Shown: positions 9,717-18,521 of the stretch, in pieces | Layout of the letters: the number at the start of each line of letters is the position of its first letter | How positions within the stretch are numbered: the first letter of the stretch is position 1 | Notes under the pieces: generated by a model | Told to the model about the DNA's origin: nothing | Seen by the model: the letters and a program-made list of their open reading frames with translations, nothing else | Database searches by the model: none | Made by a program: the position numbers and the translations under genes | From: an uncultured Spirochaetaceae bacterium | GTDB lineage: Bacteria; Spirochaetota; Spirochaetia; Treponematales; Treponemataceae | Reading direction: 5' to 3' | Assembly (NCBI GenBank): GCA_902772605.1 | Contig: CACYBG010000281.1 | Location: 1-35,419 of the forward strand | DNA: 35,419 nt

Positions 9717-9753
9717 AAGCATGAACGCCAGTAAAATACTTTGGAGGTAAAAT

Positions 9754-10230
9754 ATGAGGTGTCCGTCATGTGGAAGTCTTGACGACAAGGTTATAGAATC
9801 CCGCTCTATGGTCAACGGGGAAAGCATAAGGAGACGGAGGGAGTGCAACCAGTGCCACTACCGGTTCACGAGTTATGAGAGGATAGAGGAAAAGCCCTTC
9901 ATGGTCGTCAAGAAGGACGGACGAAGGGAGCCTTTCGACCAGGAAAAGGTTGCACGGGGAATAGAACGCGCACTTGAAAAACGTCCCGTCTCCACTACCA
10001 TGACCGAGCAGATCGTCACCGAAATCGTTGACGAGGCATATACCCAGGGAAAGATTTCCAGGGAGATTCCGACTTCAGAGCTCGGTGAGATAGTCCTCAA
10101 GAGACTCAACGACGTGGACAAGGTTGCGTACATCAGGTTTGCATCCGTGTACAAGCATTTCAGCAACCTCGAGGAATTCATAACTGAAGTTCAGCAACTC
10201 GAAGAAACCGATTCGATGAAAAACTCCTGA
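9754..10230 (+). CDS. nrdR: Transcriptional repressor NrdR
   Basis: Zn ribbon CPSC...IRRRRECNQC..RFTSYE, ATP cone VVKKDGRRE, and VAYIRFASVY. RBS GGAGG. Confidence 0.97.
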   Translation: MRCPSCGSLDDKVIESRSMVNGESIRRRRECNQCHYRFTSYERIEEKPFMVVKKDGRREPFDQEKVARGIERALEKRPVSTTMTEQIVTEIVDEAYTQGKISREIPTSELGEIVLKRLNDVDKVAYIRFASVYKHFSNLEEFITEVQQLEETDSMKNS

Positions 10231-10579
10231 CGGGAACCGTTTCAAGGATACGAAAGAGGAAAGCCCCTGAATAAGAACGTACCCAAAAGCGCTGCAATGC
10301 AGAATTTATTCCGTCATACGCGCAAAATGCGGCTCATTGGGCACGAAACGCTTCCGGGGCGATACCACAGAAACGAGTTTTAGACAGCATCGCGGCGGAA
10401 CAGCTCATAAATCCCATGATGACGTAAGCAAAAGTCCACCGCACCCCCTCAATTCCACATCACCCCACCGTCCGACGGAAATCACCAACCCGACGCAGAA
10501 CAATACAAAAAAATGAGGAAATTACATATCAGAGTTCACCTGAATCCGGCATAAAAAACTATGGCGAAAAAAAGGGCAT

Positions 10580-10609
10580 AAAAAAATCCCCGCTCGTACG
10601 AACAGGGAT
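10580..10609 (-). terminator. Intrinsic terminator of tRNA-Met
   Basis: Minus-strand hairpin ATCCCTGTTCG/CGAGCGGGGAT followed by a U7 run. Confidence 0.8.
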
Positions 10610-10614
10610 CCGGT

Positions 10615-10687
10615 TAGTGGCAAGTGGGATCGAACCACCGACATACGGAATATGAGTCCGTTGTTCTACCGACTGAACTATGCCACC
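10615..10687 (-). tRNA. tRNA-Met(CAT), elongator type; CCA not encoded
   Basis: GGTGGCATAGTTCAGTCGGTAGAACAACGGACTCATATTCCGTATGTCGGTGGTTCGATCCCACTTGCCACTA forms a cloverleaf with anticodon CAT. G1-U72 pair and no triple G-C anticodon stem, so not an initiator. Ile2 cannot be fully excluded. Confidence 0.93.
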
Positions 10688-10703
10688 GAAACTTGATGTT
10701 TAG

Positions 10704-10732
10704 ATACTATATCTTTTGAGGATTTGTGTCAA
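10704..10732 (-). promoter_or_regulatory. sigma70 promoter of tRNA-Met
   Basis: TTGACA-N17-TAGTAT on the minus strand. Confidence 0.75.
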
Positions 10733-10829
10733 CACCATTTTTTGAATTTTGAAAAAAAAAGCCGATCCTGAGCCCATTCTTCAAACAGGATGCCTTAAGG
10801 CAAAATCCATTCACATCAGCCATTCAGAA

Positions 10830-10858
10830 TTGACCATTTTGCATTTTTGGTATAAAAT
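10830..10858 (+). promoter_or_regulatory. sigma70 promoter of argF
   Basis: TTGACC-N17-TAAAAT. Confidence 0.65.
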
Positions 10859-11001
10859 CCATTATTCGCTTTGCCACGTGCAAGGCTTTTTTTTGTTAGG
10901 TCGGATATCCCCTGTCCGACGAAGCTGCCTCGGTCGAAAGATTCCTCCAAACGTTTTTTTCGCCCGAACGAAAAATGTAAAAAAAATTAAGGAGAGGCAT
11001 T

Positions 11002-11955
11002 ATGGAAGCTGAAAAATTCGATACTCCATTCAAGGGTCGAAGCCTTCTGAACTGGATAGACTGGACGCCGGACGAAATACTTACGATCCTGGACTACGCT
11101 GCCCTCGTCAAGAAGCAGTCTCACGCCGGTGAAGTCCATCAGAGGTTCCTAGGCAAGACCATAGCCCTGATATTTGAAAAGCGTTCCACCAGGACCAGAT
11201 CTTCGTTTGAAACCGCATTCGGCGAGGAAGGAGGACATCCGGTGTTCATGTCCACGGCGGACATACAGCTCGGCGGAAAGGAAAGCGTCGAGGATACTGC
11301 AAGGGTACTCGGAAGGATGTTCAGCGCAATCGAATTCCGCGGATTCAAGCAGGAACATGTCGAGCTCCTTGCAAAATACTCAGGGGTTCCGGTAATCAAC
11401 GGACTTACGGACGACTTCCACCCGACGCAGGTTCTGGCCGACATGCTAACACTCAAGGAGAAGTTCGGAAACCTCAAGGGCCTCAAGCTCTGTTTCTGCG
11501 GAGACGGACGCAACAACATGGCAAGGTCACTTATGCTCATATGCTCAAAGCTCGGACTTGATTTTGCAGTCTATGCACCGAAGGAACTGCAGCCGGACGA
11601 AGAAATCATAAAAATCTGCAGGCCTTTTGCAGAGTCATCTGGAGCCAAGATTTCGATATCAGACGAAAAGTCCGTCGTACAGGGATCCGACTGTCTTTAC
11701 ACGGACGTATGGGTATCGATGGGAGAGGAAGCACTTAAGGAAGAAAGGAGCAGGCTTCTGAAACCGTATCAGGTCAACAGGGAGCTGATGGAATACACGG
11801 GAAAGAAGGATGCCGTATTCCTCCACTGTCTGCCGGCCGTAAAGGAACAGGAAGTGACGACGGAAGTCTTTGAAAGCAGTGCAAGCCTGGTGTGGGATGA
11901 AGCCGAAAACAGGAAGCACACCATCAAGGCGATAATGCTTGCCCTCATCGAATAG
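11002..11955 (+). CDS. argF: Ornithine carbamoyltransferase
   Basis: FEKRSTRTR, HPTQ, GDGRNN, DVWVSMG (ornithine SMG loop), FLHCLP and EAENR. RBS AAGGAGAGG. Confidence 0.95.
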   Translation: MEAEKFDTPFKGRSLLNWIDWTPDEILTILDYAALVKKQSHAGEVHQRFLGKTIALIFEKRSTRTRSSFETAFGEEGGHPVFMSTADIQLGGKESVEDTARVLGRMFSAIEFRGFKQEHVELLAKYSGVPVINGLTDDFHPTQVLADMLTLKEKFGNLKGLKLCFCGDGRNNMARSLMLICSKLGLDFAVYAPKELQPDEEIIKICRPFAESSGAKISISDEKSVVQGSDCLYTDVWVSMGEEALKEERSRLLKPYQVNRELMEYTGKKDAVFLHCLPAVKEQEVTTEVFESSASLVWDEAENRKHTIKAIMLALIE

Positions 11956-12025
11956 CCGCAGATTGATTCCGGGGTCCCCTATCGGACATTCGCACCGAAA
12001 GTTTAGGTAAAGTTCAAAAATTCAG

Positions 12026-12054
12026 TTGCAAAACCTGAATTTTGAATTTATACT
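12026..12054 (+). promoter_or_regulatory. sigma70 promoter embedded in an inverted repeat
   Basis: TTGCAA-N17-TATACT, with TTCAAAAATTCAG...CTGAATTTTGAA flanking the -35. Confidence 0.6.
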
Positions 12055-12111
12055 GTAAGGGATTTCGGGAGCGAAAACACCCGGAAAATAAGAAACGTAA
12101 GGAAGGAACCT

Positions 12112-12549
12112 ATGAAAAAGATAATAATGGCAGCCGTACTCGCAGCATGCATGGTCATCCCTGCTCTGGCACAGTCAAATTCTGATTCCAGCAAGCCGAT
12201 TTGGGATCACGGAGACAACGTATCAAGCTACAACTACTACACCACTCCCGTCTACAGCATCATGCAGACTGCAGAGGCGTTCGTGGTATTCTATCAGAAG
12301 CAGGACCTCAGCGTAGACACGGTTGTAATCCCAAAGTCATGGCAGGTTGCAGGCGAAAACAAGAAGCTCTATTTCCGCAACAAGGCTCCGGGACTTGATT
12401 CATACATCACGGTGTTCTACAAGGAAGGCCAGTTCCATCACGTCGTCCTTACGGCAAATCCGGATGTACGCGACCCTGTATGGACAATCGCACCGTCCAC
12501 CGCAAAGGTTGATGTTAGCGGAATCGACACTCTGGACATAAAGTTCTAG
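12112..12549 (+). CDS. Exported hypothetical protein
   Basis: 145 aa, signal peptide MKKIIMAAVLAACMVIPALA/Q, beta-rich mature part. RBS AAGGAAGGA. Confidence 0.85.
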   Translation: MKKIIMAAVLAACMVIPALAQSNSDSSKPIWDHGDNVSSYNYYTTPVYSIMQTAEAFVVFYQKQDLSVDTVVIPKSWQVAGENKKLYFRNKAPGLDSYITVFYKEGQFHHVVLTANPDVRDPVWTIAPSTAKVDVSGIDTLDIKF

Positions 12550-12641
12550 GCATGACGGTCCCCGGCACACAGGATTCGGTTACTGTCGAATTCAACCGGA
12601 TCCTCAGTCCTCGGGGATGGTCTTTCGACCGAATGAAAATC

Positions 12642-12681
12642 AAGGCTGGCTGTGGTTATTCTACGTGCCAGCCTTTTTTTT
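12642..12681 (+). terminator. Intrinsic terminator
   Basis: AAGGCTGGC...GCCAGCCTT stem followed by a T run. Confidence 0.75.
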
Positions 12682-12917
12682 AAGGGAATCTCGAAAACGC
12701 GTTTTACGCCTTCCGTTTCAAGGGATAAGACGGGTCGGAACGTAAAAAAGTTCCGGATTTCGTTTTTCAGGGACGACCTTCTCAGAACAAGCACTTGGAA
12801 ATCACGGACCTACATCAAATGCGAAGGTCCGGGATAAATAAAAGTTCGGTGCCGGAAAAAGACGACGGGATTCCATGCACCGCCAAAACCCCCTATTCAT
12901 CTAACACGGAAACAGCA

Positions 12918-13901
12918 ATGGTTTTAATCACTAACGAACAGGTCGAATCCTTCAAGGAGTTCATATCAGCCCACCAGACATTCGTAATCGCAGGGCACAA
13001 GGAACCTGACGGCGACTGCATAGCCTGCAGCCTTGGCATTTCATTCATACTGAAACACATGCAGAAAAAATACACGCTTCTCAACATCGGTCCGTTCAAG
13101 AGGCCGGAAAGCAAGAGGTTTGAGGACCACTTCCGCTCTGACCTGTCCTGCATGACCAGGGCAGAAAAGGCATCCGCAGGGCTCATAATGGTAGACTGCT
13201 CGGAGCTTTCAAGGATAGGAGACATAGGAGAGGACCTTAAGGGGATGGATACGTTCATAGTCGATCACCACAAGACTGCAAGCGTCAAGGGAAGCCAGAA
13301 CATAATCGACCCGACGGCACCGGCGGCGGCATGCATAGTCCAGCAGCTCTTCGAGGCCATAGTCGGAAAACCTTCAAGGGAAGAGGCCCACGTACTGTTT
13401 TTCGGCATTGCGACGGATACGGGATTCTTCCATTATTTGAACGAAAAGGACGCAGAGACGTTCAGGGCCGCGGCACGGCTTACGGATGCAGGAGTGAATC
13501 CGCGCACGATATATCAGGAGATGACGGGAGGAAAACCCTGGGCGACCAGAAAACTCCTTGCAATACTCCTTGAACGCGTCGAAAGGCACTGCGGTGGGAA
13601 GCTGGCGGTCACCTACGAGGAACAGGCAGATACGAGGAAGTACGGTCAGGAAGGTCGGGATTCCGATGCGCTCTATTCGCTCATGCTGGCTACGGACGGC
13701 ATAGAGGCAGTACTGTTCATGAGGCAGGAGTCCGACCATACGTGCACGGCAGGATTCCGCTCGCTCAAGGACTGCGACGTAAGCGCAATTGCTGCCAAAT
13801 TCGGAGGCGGAGGACACAAGAACGCATCGGGGGCAAGCATGGAAGGACACATCGACATGCTCATGCCGGAAATAATAAGGGAATTTGAAAAGGTTCTCTG
13901 A
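12918..13901 (+). CDS. nrnA: DHH/DHHA1 phosphoesterase (NrnA-like oligoribonuclease/pAp phosphatase)
   Basis: GHKEPDGDC, MVDC, VDHH, GIATDTG and FGGGGHKNASG motifs. ATG 12918 chosen. Confidence 0.88.
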   Translation: MVLITNEQVESFKEFISAHQTFVIAGHKEPDGDCIACSLGISFILKHMQKKYTLLNIGPFKRPESKRFEDHFRSDLSCMTRAEKASAGLIMVDCSELSRIGDIGEDLKGMDTFIVDHHKTASVKGSQNIIDPTAPAAACIVQQLFEAIVGKPSREEAHVLFFGIATDTGFFHYLNEKDAETFRAAARLTDAGVNPRTIYQEMTGGKPWATRKLLAILLERVERHCGGKLAVTYEEQADTRKYGQEGRDSDALYSLMLATDGIEAVLFMRQESDHTCTAGFRSLKDCDVSAIAAKFGGGGHKNASGASMEGHIDMLMPEIIREFEKVL

Positions 13902-13932
13902 AACGTCCGGGACGATTTCCACATTCTCCTTA

Positions 13933-13961
13933 TTGCAAAATTTTGATTTTTTAACTAACCT
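13933..13961 (+). promoter_or_regulatory. Putative sigma70 promoter of the lolA-like/MMPL/DUF3261 operon
   Basis: TTGCAA-N17-TAACCT in an AT-rich gap. Confidence 0.5.
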
Positions 13962-14030
13962 AAGTAACGAATTTTTAGGATATATGTTTTTTCAAATGAC
14001 CGAACACAAATTATTTACGGAGGTTCCCTT

Positions 14031-14666
14031 ATGAACAGAAAACATTTAACCGCTCTTGCAGCAATGGTCATATTCTCAGTCGCAGCTGCCGTTGCACAGA
14101 ACGCAAGCGTCGAATCGGTATGCAGATCGCTTACATCCAACCCTGTAACCACGGGAAATTTCACACAGGAAAAGAAAATCGCAAATGCCAAGCGCACCCT
14201 GAAATCAAGCGGAACTTTCCTTTTCAGCGGAAAACTTGTAATCTGGGACACTGCAAAACCGGTGGCTTCATCACTGATTGTTACCGGAGACAAAATCATC
14301 CAGAAATCTCCGAACGGAAAGACGACTGTACTCAGCGGAAAGGACAACGAAGCGTTCAAGGGCGTTTCACAGAGCGTAACTGCACTCTTCAGCGGAGACA
14401 AGTCTGCACTCGAAAAGAATTTCACAATCAAATTCTCAAGCACTGCAAATTCATGGCAGATGGTTCTTACGCCAAAGGATAAGACGGTTGCCTCTGCAAT
14501 GAAGACAATCACCGTATCCGGGACAGGAAATTCAAAGGCATCCACGTTTACGGGACTCGTAGTGGAACAGCTGGACGGCGGAACCATAACATATACATTC
14601 ACAGACCATAAATACAGAGAGGAACTTTCTGATGCTGAAAAAGCACTTCTCAACACTGCGAAATAG
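14031..14666 (+). CDS. LolA-like lipid/lipoprotein carrier protein
   Basis: Signal peptide, then GNFTQEKKI...LKSSGTF...VIWDTAKP and WQMVLTPK, the LolA-fold pattern typical of aryl-polyene-cluster LolA homologues. Confidence 0.8.
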   Translation: MNRKHLTALAAMVIFSVAAAVAQNASVESVCRSLTSNPVTTGNFTQEKKIANAKRTLKSSGTFLFSGKLVIWDTAKPVASSLIVTGDKIIQKSPNGKTTVLSGKDNEAFKGVSQSVTALFSGDKSALEKNFTIKFSSTANSWQMVLTPKDKTVASAMKTITVSGTGNSKASTFTGLVVEQLDGGTITYTFTDHKYREELSDAEKALLNTAK

Positions 14667-17007
14667 GCATTATGCAATCATCTGTGCAATATTCCATGTA
14701 CTGATCATTGGAGCATTTGCAATCTCACTCTTGACGGGTCACGACCTAACGATAGACGGTGACCTGTTCAACATGCTGCCGTCATCCACGCTCGGAAAGG
14801 CGATGGGCGTGGCGGATGACAAGCTTACGGCAAGTACGTCGCAGGCCGTGTACATACTGGTTTCCCACAAGGACTTCGAGACGGCGAAATCAACCGCAGA
14901 GGAAGTCTACGGAAAGCTCAAGGACAACAAATTCTTCCTGTCCCTGTCCCTTTACAACGGAATGGATACGGTCAACGGCATAGAGGATTTCGTCCATGGG
15001 TACAGGTGGAACCTCCTTAGCGACGAGGCGATTGAACAGATTTCATCGCCGGAGGGTGCACAGGACTTTGCCGACGCTGCACTTGCAACGGCAGGAGGAT
15101 TCTACACGCTCTCTTCCATGCAGAACCTCGACACGGATCCGTTCATGCTGGACGAACAGGCAATCATGTCATACGTCAATTCCATACAGAACGCAGGTGC
15201 AAGCATGTCCATAAAGGACGGTGTCCTTGCCTCCGAAAAAGACGGTGTCTGGTACGTATTCATGAATGGAATACTCAGCAAGGAAGGCTCTGCAATCGCA
15301 AGTTCAGACAACGGAGTCACGACCATATACAGCGTCTGCAACCCGCTTGAAAAGGACGGGGTCAGGTTCGCATATTCAGGAGTACCGTTCAACAGCCACA
15401 AGAGTTCAAACAACGCAGTCAGCGAAATCGGCATAATATCGTCCATTTCGCTTGCATTCGTTGCAATACTCCTTTTGGCGGTATTCAGGTCCTCCATTCC
15501 GCTCATAGCTTCACTCGTTTCCATTGCGCTTTCCATGATAACCGCATTCGCTGCAACGCACCTGGTGTTTTCAAAGGTCCACATCCTCAGCGTACTTCTC
15601 GGAACGTCGCTCATCGGATCCTGCATTGACTACAGCCTCCACTTCTTCATGAACTGGAAGGGAAACCTGACGCTGAACTCGGGAGCTGAAATCAGGCGTC
15701 ACCTCAGGAAAGGTCTGGTCCTTTCACTTGCCTCGACCATAGTCTGCTACATAACGCTTCTTTTCGCACCGTTCAACCTCCTCAAGCAGATGGGCGTATT
15801 CTCATCCGTCGGAATCATGAGTTCATTCCTTACGGTTGCATGCCTCTATCCGCTCCTCAAGGTTCCTCAGGCAGAAAAGCGTAAGATTCCGATGCTGAAG
15901 CTCTACCACAGGTCACCCCTCAAGAAGAGCCACCTTACAAGGTCCATCGCAACGATTGCAGTATTCGCCGTGCTTCTGATAACGCTCATAATCAACCACG
16001 ACAAGCTGCGCATAAACAACGACATGTACCACCTCTACGAAATGGAGGGAAGGATACTCGAAGATACGAACACCCTGGAAGAATTGACGAGCTACTCGCC
16101 CAAGGGATGGTTCATAATCAGCGGGGAGACGGAAGAGGAAGTTCTTCAGAACGAGGAACTCATCTGCCGCAGACTGGACGAACTCGGTCAGGGAAGGCCT
16201 GGATTCGGTTACCTTGCAACATCAAGCTTCATTCCGTCAAGGGCAAGGCAGGAAAAATCCATAGATGCATGCCGCAATCTGCTTCCTCTGCTTGACGATC
16301 AGCTCGACATGCTGGGAATCGAGCCGGAATATGCAGATGAAATAAGGTCCGAACTTGATTCGGCAAAGTCCAACATCATGCTTCCGGGAATCGAAATGCC
16401 GGAAACCGTATCGACGCTGATTTCTCCGCTTTGGCTTGGAATCATAGACGGAAAATACTATTCCGTAGTACTTCCCGTCATGATGCAGCCGTCCATCCAT
16501 TACAAGGAAATCGCTGCGGAAAGCGACAACCTTTACTTCGAAGACAAGATGGCTGACCTTGGAAAGGGTCTGGACAAGCTTACCGCACTGATTTTCATAC
16601 TGTTCGGCATTGCATACCTGATTATCGTCGTGGTACTGAAATTCTTCTATTCATGGAGACAGACCATAAAGATTGCCCGCATTCCCCTGCTCTGCATACT
16701 GTCCATACTGAACGTATTCATAATCAGCGGAAATCCGATAGAATTCTTCTGCGTCACAGGAATGATTCTGGTTTTCGGACTTGGCTTGGACTACATGATC
16801 TACATGGTCGAAAACATGAAGAGGACGACTACGGAAAACAGTCACCTGGACCACACGAAGCTGGAACCGTTCAGCATAATCATATCATTCGTTACGACTG
16901 CGGTATCATTCGGTGCGCTTGCATTCAGTTCATTCGTTCCAGTCCACGCAATCGGACTTTCAATCTGTACCGGAATAATTGCAGCCTACATCGGAACGGT
17001 ATTCTAG
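14632..17007 (+). CDS. MMPL/RND-like membrane exporter
   Basis: 791 aa, two repeats of TM, periplasmic loop and TM bundle. Motifs GTSLIGSCIDYSLHF and LVFGLGLDYMIY (GxxxDY), LKQMGVFSSVG, and SFGALAFS. Confidence 0.88.
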   Translation: MLKKHFSTLRNRHYAIICAIFHVLIIGAFAISLLTGHDLTIDGDLFNMLPSSTLGKAMGVADDKLTASTSQAVYILVSHKDFETAKSTAEEVYGKLKDNKFFLSLSLYNGMDTVNGIEDFVHGYRWNLLSDEAIEQISSPEGAQDFADAALATAGGFYTLSSMQNLDTDPFMLDEQAIMSYVNSIQNAGASMSIKDGVLASEKDGVWYVFMNGILSKEGSAIASSDNGVTTIYSVCNPLEKDGVRFAYSGVPFNSHKSSNNAVSEIGIISSISLAFVAILLLAVFRSSIPLIASLVSIALSMITAFAATHLVFSKVHILSVLLGTSLIGSCIDYSLHFFMNWKGNLTLNSGAEIRRHLRKGLVLSLASTIVCYITLLFAPFNLLKQMGVFSSVGIMSSFLTVACLYPLLKVPQAEKRKIPMLKLYHRSPLKKSHLTRSIATIAVFAVLLITLIINHDKLRINNDMYHLYEMEGRILEDTNTLEELTSYSPKGWFIISGETEEEVLQNEELICRRLDELGQGRPGFGYLATSSFIPSRARQEKSIDACRNLLPLLDDQLDMLGIEPEYADEIRSELDSAKSNIMLPGIEMPETVSTLISPLWLGIIDGKYYSVVLPVMMQPSIHYKEIAAESDNLYFEDKMADLGKGLDKLTALIFILFGIAYLIIVVVLKFFYSWRQTIKIARIPLLCILSILNVFIISGNPIEFFCVTGMILVFGLGLDYMIYMVENMKRTTTENSHLDHTKLEPFSIIISFVTTAVSFGALAFSSFVPVHAIGLSICTGIIAAYIGTVF

Positions 17008-17098
17008 GAAACAACGGTCGGTCCCGGTCGGATCGGCCTCAATTCCCATTCCGCTTGAGTCCCCACCCCCGGAGCAGAGCATCATTAAGGAGCTTCAA

Positions 17099-17716
17099 AT
17101 GAAAAACAACATGATCAGGGCGGCTTCGGCTCTCCTTTTGACATTCGCAGCATCGTTGCTTTCCTCATGTGCAACGACAAAATCTACAGTTTCAACAGCA
17201 AGGAACCTGTCGTCCGTTTACGTCACAAACACGAACACCATAAAGGTTCTCAGCCCGGAATACATGGATGCGGAAATCGACTGCGTCTACGTTTTCTCGG
17301 CCGACTTCGGAGAGCAGAACCTTTCCACACTTGCCTACCTCTATTCCGACTCCGAGGGCATGGAAATGCTTCTTTTGAGCGATTTCGGAATTGAAATCGG
17401 ACACCTGAACTACGACGGAAAATCCGTGGACCTTGCTCTTCCGGTCAAGGCTCCAATCAAGGGCGAATACATAGTTGCAGACCTGCAGAACATTTTCTAT
17501 CCCGAACAGTGCCTTGCGGAAAACTATGCATCGGCCGGCCTCACGTTCAAAAGCACAACGCTCGAAGACGGAAGCGTAATCAGGACGGTCTCCAAAAAGG
17601 ACAGGACGGTGGAAAAAATCACCATGAAGCTGGATGAGGACGGAAATCCTGAGAGCGTCGTCCTGGAAAACTTGCTCAGGGGCTATACTTACAGGCTTAC
17701 ACTGGCCGACGAATGA
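17099..17716 (+). CDS. Lipoprotein, DUF3261-like
   Basis: RBS AAGGAG, lipobox LLSS/C. LLSDFGIEIGHLNYDG and YIVADLQNIFYP resemble DUF3261 proteins. Follows the MMPL gene as in aryl polyene clusters. Confidence 0.72.
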   Translation: MKNNMIRAASALLLTFAASLLSSCATTKSTVSTARNLSSVYVTNTNTIKVLSPEYMDAEIDCVYVFSADFGEQNLSTLAYLYSDSEGMEMLLLSDFGIEIGHLNYDGKSVDLALPVKAPIKGEYIVADLQNIFYPEQCLAENYASAGLTFKSTTLEDGSVIRTVSKKDRTVEKITMKLDEDGNPESVVLENLLRGYTYRLTLADE

Positions 17717-17772
17717 TTCAGGGTGATTTGCCGGTTTTTACGAAAAAAAAGCTCAAAAACTGAGTTTACCGC

Positions 17773-17801
17773 TTGACAAACACGGCCATATGTAATAATA
17801 T
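17773..17801 (+). promoter_or_regulatory. sigma70 promoter of tRNA-Lys
   Basis: TTGACA-N17-TAATAT. Confidence 0.7.
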
Positions 17802-17823
17802 GTAGATACTTCAACGAGAAGTT

Positions 17824-17896
17824 GGGCTATTAGCTCAGTAGGTAGAGCAACGCCCTTTTAAGGCGTGGGTCTGCAGTTCGAATCTGCAATAGCTCA
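17824..17896 (+). tRNA. tRNA-Lys(TTT); CCA not encoded
   Basis: Acceptor GGGCTAT/ATAGCTC-A, D arm GCTC/GAGC, anticodon arm ACGCC-CTTTTAA-GGCGT, T arm TGCAG-TTCGAAT-CTGCA. Confidence 0.96.
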
Positions 17897-17900
17897 GATA

Positions 17901-17932
17901 AAAGGAATCCGTTTTTCGGGTTCCTTTTTTTT
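17901..17932 (+). terminator. Intrinsic terminator of tRNA-Lys
   Basis: AAAGGAATCCG/CGGGTTCCTTT hairpin plus T run. Confidence 0.85.
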
Positions 17933-18055
17933 ATTCCTGGAAAAGCCAATCAAACAACTCGGAATCATCACATTATTTCGCCCCTATCTGCAATGCAGTT
18001 TCAAGCCAGGTGCGAGGTATGAAACATTCTGCACGAATCAAACTGAAAAAGGGAC

Positions 18056-18089
18056 AAAAAAAATCGGCCCCTTCGAACGAGGAAGCCGA
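18056..18089 (-). terminator. Putative terminator of the NUDIX/SH3 unit
   Basis: TCGGC..CCTCG/CGAAGGG..GCCGA imperfect hairpin followed by U8 on the minus strand. Confidence 0.55.
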
Positions 18090-18118
18090 CTTACCGCATG
18101 ACTTGAGCGGAAAAACTT

Positions 18119-18520
18119 TCATTCTGTATAGGAATCCGCAACGGCCTGGGCCTTGAACTTGTTGTCGTAGAGCGTTACGAGGCTTTCATCAAGCCAGCCC
18201 TGTTCAAAGGAGTACCAGACGGTAGTGTGTTCGTTCTTTCCGGTCCCCGTAGTGACGTATTTCTTTCCGAGCAGACGCATGATTTCGCCGCGACGGGCAT
18301 GCGATGCAACGGGACTTTCGAACGAGGGATCCTTTCTGAACGCAGCATAAGGTTCGCGTACAAGGGCCCAATCCACGGTCGGAGAAAGTTCAATCGAGTT
18401 GGAGTCTGAAATGTCTATGGTCCTGTTTCGGGAGCAGGAAGCCAGAGGAAGAGCAAGGACCAGAACCAAAAGCAACGAAGGAAGTGCAAGGCTCCCGTTT
18501 GAACGAATCTTAACCGCCAT
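18119..18520 (-). CDS. Lipoprotein with SH3-like domain
   Basis: Lipobox LAS/C. AAFRKDPSFESPVASHARRGE...WY...GWLDES is a bacterial SH3b-like pattern. Alternative start 18535. Confidence 0.72.
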   Translation of the reverse strand: MAVKIRSNGSLALPSLLLVLVLALPLASCSRNRTIDISDSNSIELSPTVDWALVREPYAAFRKDPSFESPVASHARRGEIMRLLGKKYVTTGTGKNEHTTVWYSFEQGWLDESLVTLYDNKFKAQAVADSYTE

Positions 18521-18521
18521 T

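Noticed and set aside
11002-11955. Putrescine or other non-ornithine carbamoyltransferase
   Set aside because: The DxxxSMG loop and HCLP motif are the ornithine-type signature, and no agmatine deiminase or carbamate kinase genes are nearby.
10615-17896. Segment between tRNA-Met and tRNA-Lys as an integrated island
   Set aside because: No integrase, no duplicated tRNA 3' end seen, and host-like codon usage with housekeeping content.
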